A stretch of DNA of 64,000 nt from Eledone cirrhosa (lineage: Eukaryota). The translations under genes were made by a program, and so were the position numbers. The DNA lies in contig OZ024740.1 in NCBI GenBank assembly GCA_964016885.1, positions 206,274,001 through 206,338,000 on the forward strand, in the 5' to 3' direction. Within the stretch, counting starts at the first letter, position 1; each line of letters starts with the position of its first letter. Below are positions 59,615 through 64,000 of this stretch, one piece after another. Under the pieces are notes generated by a model. It ran no database searches. It was not told the DNA's origin and saw only the letters and a program-made list of their open reading frames with translations.

Positions 59615-60361
59615 CAATCCCTGCCAGTCTATAATAGCAAGTGGTCAAACTTCAGTCAAAAGAAGTCAATGATGGCAGCAGTATAATGGGTTGGACACAT
59701 GCTCCATCAATCCCTGCCAGTCTATAATACGAAGTGGTCAAACTTCAGTCAAACGAAGTCAATGATGGCAGCAGTATAATGGAGTTGGACACATGCTCCA
59801 TCAATCCCTGCCAGTCTATAATACGAAATGGTCAAACTTCAGTCAAAAGGAATCAATGATGGCAGCAGTATAATGGAGTTAGACACGTGCTCCATCAATC
59901 CCTGCCAGTCTATAATATGAAATGGTCAAACTTCAGTCAAAAGAAGTCAATGATGGCAGCAGTATAATGGAGTTGGACATGTGCTCCGTCAATCCCTGCC
60001 AGTCTATAATACGAAGTGGTCAAACTTCAGTCAAAAGGAGACAATGATGGCAGCAGTATAATGGGGTTGGACACATGCTCCATCAATCCCTGCCAGTCTA
60101 TAATACAAAGTGGTCAAACTTCAGTCAAAAGAAATCAATGATGGCAGCAGTATAATGGAGTTAGACACATGCTCCATCAATCCCTGCCAGTCTATAATAC
60201 GAAGTGGTCAAACTTCAGTCAAACGGAATCAATGATGGCAGCAGTATAATGGAGTTGGACACATGCTCCATCAATCCCTGCCAGTCTATAATACGAAGTG
60301 GTCAGACTTCAGAGTCAAAAGGAGACAATGATGGCAGCAGTATAATGGAGTTGGACACATG
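59611..60361. repeat. 94-bp tandem repeat, 8 copies
   Basis: Units start at 59611, 59704, 59798, 59892, 59986, 60080, 60174 and 60268. Confidence 0.95.
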
Positions 60362-60474
60362 GTCTGCTCCTACAACATGACATTAGTGCAGATCATCAGC
60401 TTCATATCCTCATAACATCTTCCTGGTAGATGTGCCTGAAGCAAAACGAAAAAATATTCTGGATCTCTTTCAGA

Positions 60475-63400
60475 AGTCTCTCACTACCCCCATCATCAGT
60501 CTATCACTACCCCCATCACCAGAAGCCTCTCACTACCCTACTAGGAGTCTCTCACTACCCTCACAAGGAGTCTCTCACTACCCCTATCACCAGGAGTCTC
60601 TCACCACCCCCACCATCAGCAGTCTCTCACTACCCCTATCATCAGAAGTATCTTACTAACCCCACCAGAAGACTCTCACTACCCCTATCATCAGAAGTAT
60701 CTTACTAACCCCACCAGGAGTCTCCCCCTACCCCCATCACCAGAAGCCTCTCACTACCCTACTAGGAGTCTCTCACTACCCTCACAAGGAGTCTCTCACT
60801 ACCCCTATCACCAGGAGTCTCTCACCACCCCCATCATCAGAAGTCTCTCACCACCCCCATCACCAGGAGTATCTCACTACCCCCATCACCAGAAGTATCT
60901 CACCACCCCCATCACCAGGAGTCTCCCACTACCCCCATCACCAGGAGTCTCCCACTACCCCCATCACCAGAAGTATCTCACTACCCCCATCACCAGGAGT
61001 CTCCCACTACCCCCATCACCAGGAGTCTCTCACTACCCCCATCACCAGGAGTCGCCCACTACCCCCATCACCAGGAGTCGCCCACTACCCCCATCACCAG
61101 GAGTCTCTCACCACCCCCATCACCAGGAGTCTCCCACTACCCCCATCACCAGAAGTATCTCACCACCCCCATCACCAGGAGTCTCTCACTACCCCCATCA
61201 CCAGGAGTCGCCCACTACCCCCATCACCAGGAGTCTCCCACTACCCCCATCACCAGGAGTCTCTCACTAGCCCCATCACCAGGAGTCTCTCACTACCCCC
61301 ATCACCAGGAGTCTCCCACTACCCCCATCACCAGGAGTCTCCCACTACCCCCATCACCAGGAGTCTCCCACTACCCCCATCACCAGGAGTCTCTCACCAC
61401 CCCCATCACCAGGAGTCTCCCACTACCCCCATCACAAGAAGTCTCTCACCACCCCCATCATCAGAAGTCTCTCACCACCCCCATCATCAGAAGTCTCTCA
61501 CCACCCCCATCATCAGGAGTCTCCCACTACCCCCATCACCAGGAGTCTCCCACTACCCCCATCACCAGGAGTCTCTCACTACCCCCATCACCAGGAGTCT
61601 CCCACTACCCCCATCACCAGGAGTCTCCCACTACCCCCATCACCAGGAGTCTCCCACTACCCCCATCACCAGGAGTCTCCCACTACCCCCATCACCAGGA
61701 GTCTCCCACTACCCCCATCACCAGAAGTATCTCACTACCCCCATCACCAGGAGTCTCCCACTACCCCCATCACCAGGAGTCTCTCACTACCCCCATCACC
61801 AGGAGTCGCCCACTACCCCCATCACCAGGAGTCGCCCACTACCCCCATCACCAGGAGTCTCTCACCACCCCCATCACCAGGAGTCTCCCACTACCCCCAT
61901 CACCAGAAGTATCTCACCACCCCCATCACCAGGAGTCTCTCACTACCCCCATCACCAGGAGTCGCCCACTACCCCCATCACCAGGAGTCTCCCACTACCC
62001 CCATCACCAGGAGTCTCTCACTAGCCCCATCACCAGGAGTCTCTCACTACCCCCATCACCAGGAGTCTCCCACTACCCCCATCACCAGGAGTCTCCCACT
62101 ACCCCCATCACCAGGAGTCTCCCACTACCCCCATCACCAGGAGTCTCTCACCACCCCCATCACCAGGAGTCTCCCACTACCCCCATCACAAGAAGTCTCT
62201 CACCACCCCCATCATCAGAAGTCTCTCACCACCCCCATCATCAGAAGTCTCTCACCACCCCCATCATCAGGAGTCTCCCACTACCCCCATCACCAGGAGT
62301 CTCCCACTACCCCCATCACCAGGAGTCTCTCACTACCCCCATCACCAGGAGTCTCCCACTACCCCCATCACCAGGAGTCTCCCACTACCCCCATCACCAG
62401 GAGTCTCCCACTACCCCCATCACCAGGAGTCTCCCACTACCCCCATCACCAGGAGTCTCCCACTACCCCCACCACCAGGAGTCTCTCACTACCCCCATCA
62501 CCAGGAGTCTCCCACTACCCCCATCACCAGGAGTCTCCCACTACCCCCATCACCAGGAGTCGCCCACTACCCCCATCACCAGAAGTCTCCCACTACCCCT
62601 ATCACCAGGAGTCTCCCACTACCCCCATCACCAGGAGTCTCCCACTACCCCCATCACCAGAAGTATCTCACTACCCCCATCACCAGGAGTCTCCCACTAC
62701 CCCCCATCACCAGGAGTCTCTCACTACCCCCATCACCAGGAGTCTCCCACTACCCCCATCACCAGAAGTCTCCCACTACCCCCATCACCAGGAGTCTCTC
62801 ACTACCCCCATCACCAGAAGTATCCCACTACCCCCATCACCAGAAGTCTCTCACTACCCCCATCACCAGGAGTCTCCCACTACCCCCATCACCAGAAGTA
62901 TCTCACTACCCCCATCACCAGAAGTATCTCACTACCCCCATCACCAGGAGTCTCCCACTACCCCCATCACCAGGAGTCTCCCACTACCCCCATCACCAGG
63001 AGTCTCCCACTACCCCCATCACCAGAAGTCTCCCACTACCCCCATCACCAGGAGTCTCTCACTACCCCCATCACCAGGAGTCGCCCACTACCCCCATCAC
63101 CAGGAGTCTCCCACTACCCCCATCACCAGGAGTCTCCCACTACCCCCATCACCAGGAGTCTCCCACTACCCCCATCACCAGGAGTCTCTCACTACCCCCA
63201 TCACCAGGAGTCTCCCACTACCCCCATCACCAGAAGTATCTCACTACCCCCATCACCAGGAGTCTCCCACTACCCCCATCACCAGGAGTCTCCCACTACC
63301 CCCATCACCAGGAGTCTCCCACTACCCCCATCACCAGGAGTCTCCCACTACCCCCATCACCAGAAGTATCTCACTACCCCCATCACCAGGAGTCTCCCAC

Positions 63401-64000
63401 TACCCCCCATCACCAGGAGTCTCCCACTACCCCCATCACCAGGAGTCTCCCACTACCCCCATCACCAGGAGTCTCCCACTACCCCCATCACCAGGAGTCT
63501 CCCACTACCCCCATCACCAGGAGTCTCCCACTACCCCCATCACCAGGAGTCTCCCACTACCCCCATCACCAGGAGTCTCCCACTACCCCCATCACCAGGA
63601 GTCGCCCACTACCCCCATCACCAGAAGTCTCTCACTACCCCCATCACCAGGAGTCTCCCACTACCCCCATCACCAGGAGTCTCTCACTACCCCCATCACC
63701 AGGAGTCTCCCACTACCCCCATCACCAGGAGTCTCCCACTACCCCCATCACCAGGAGTCTCTCACTACCCCCATCACCAGGAGTCGCCCACTACCCCCAT
63801 CACCAGGAGTCTCCCACTACCCCCATCACCAGGAGTCTCCCACTACCCCCATCACCAGGAGTCTCCCACTACCCCCATCACCAGGAGTCTCCCACTACCC
63901 CCATCACCAGGAGTCTCCCACTACCCCCATCACCAGGAGTCTCCCACTACCCCCATCACCAGGAGTCTCCCACTACCCCCATCACCAGGAGTCTCCCACT
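60475..64000. repeat. More than 3.5 kb of C-rich satellite, 26-bp unit CCCCCATCACCAGGAGTCTCCCACTA, running off the window
   Basis: Period 26; degenerate at the left edge, homogeneous toward the right. Confidence 0.97.

Noticed and set aside
59611-60361. CRISPR array or coding repeat
   Set aside because: Whole 94-bp units repeat without spacers; the unit is not a multiple of 3 and contains stops.

Overview
Eukaryotic, AT-rich, repeat-dense genomic DNA, most likely a cephalopod mollusc (Octopus-like); the taxon is inferred from the repeat landscape, not proven. I reconstructed two convergent spliced genes by hand from splice sites and reading-frame phases. (1) + strand: the 3' 18 coding exons (5679..40811, about 1379 aa in window; 5' exons lie upstream) of a TP53BP1/53BP1 orthologue. 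It has an S/T-Q-rich region, oligomerisation domain, tandem Tudor, UDR motif, NLS and tandem BRCT. (2) - strand: a short (about 148 aa) Cys-rich Pinocchio-like gene (59614..57115) whose inferred 5' UTR exon carries an 8x94-bp repeat containing uORFs. Introns and the intergenic space hold RTE, CR1-group, CRE and R4-type LINE fragments, tRNA-derived SINEs, piggyBac- and mariner-type MITEs, a decayed hAT (Buster/Charlie) element and two large satellites. The most notable unannotated signals are a near-canonical type I hammerhead ribozyme on the sense strand of a BRCT intron, a second degenerate hammerhead, a PHD-type finger inside an RTE reverse transcriptase, several fold-back structures next to exons, and a candidate poison or alternative exon in the Pinocchio-like gene. 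All homology calls come from recalled family motifs; no database search was run.
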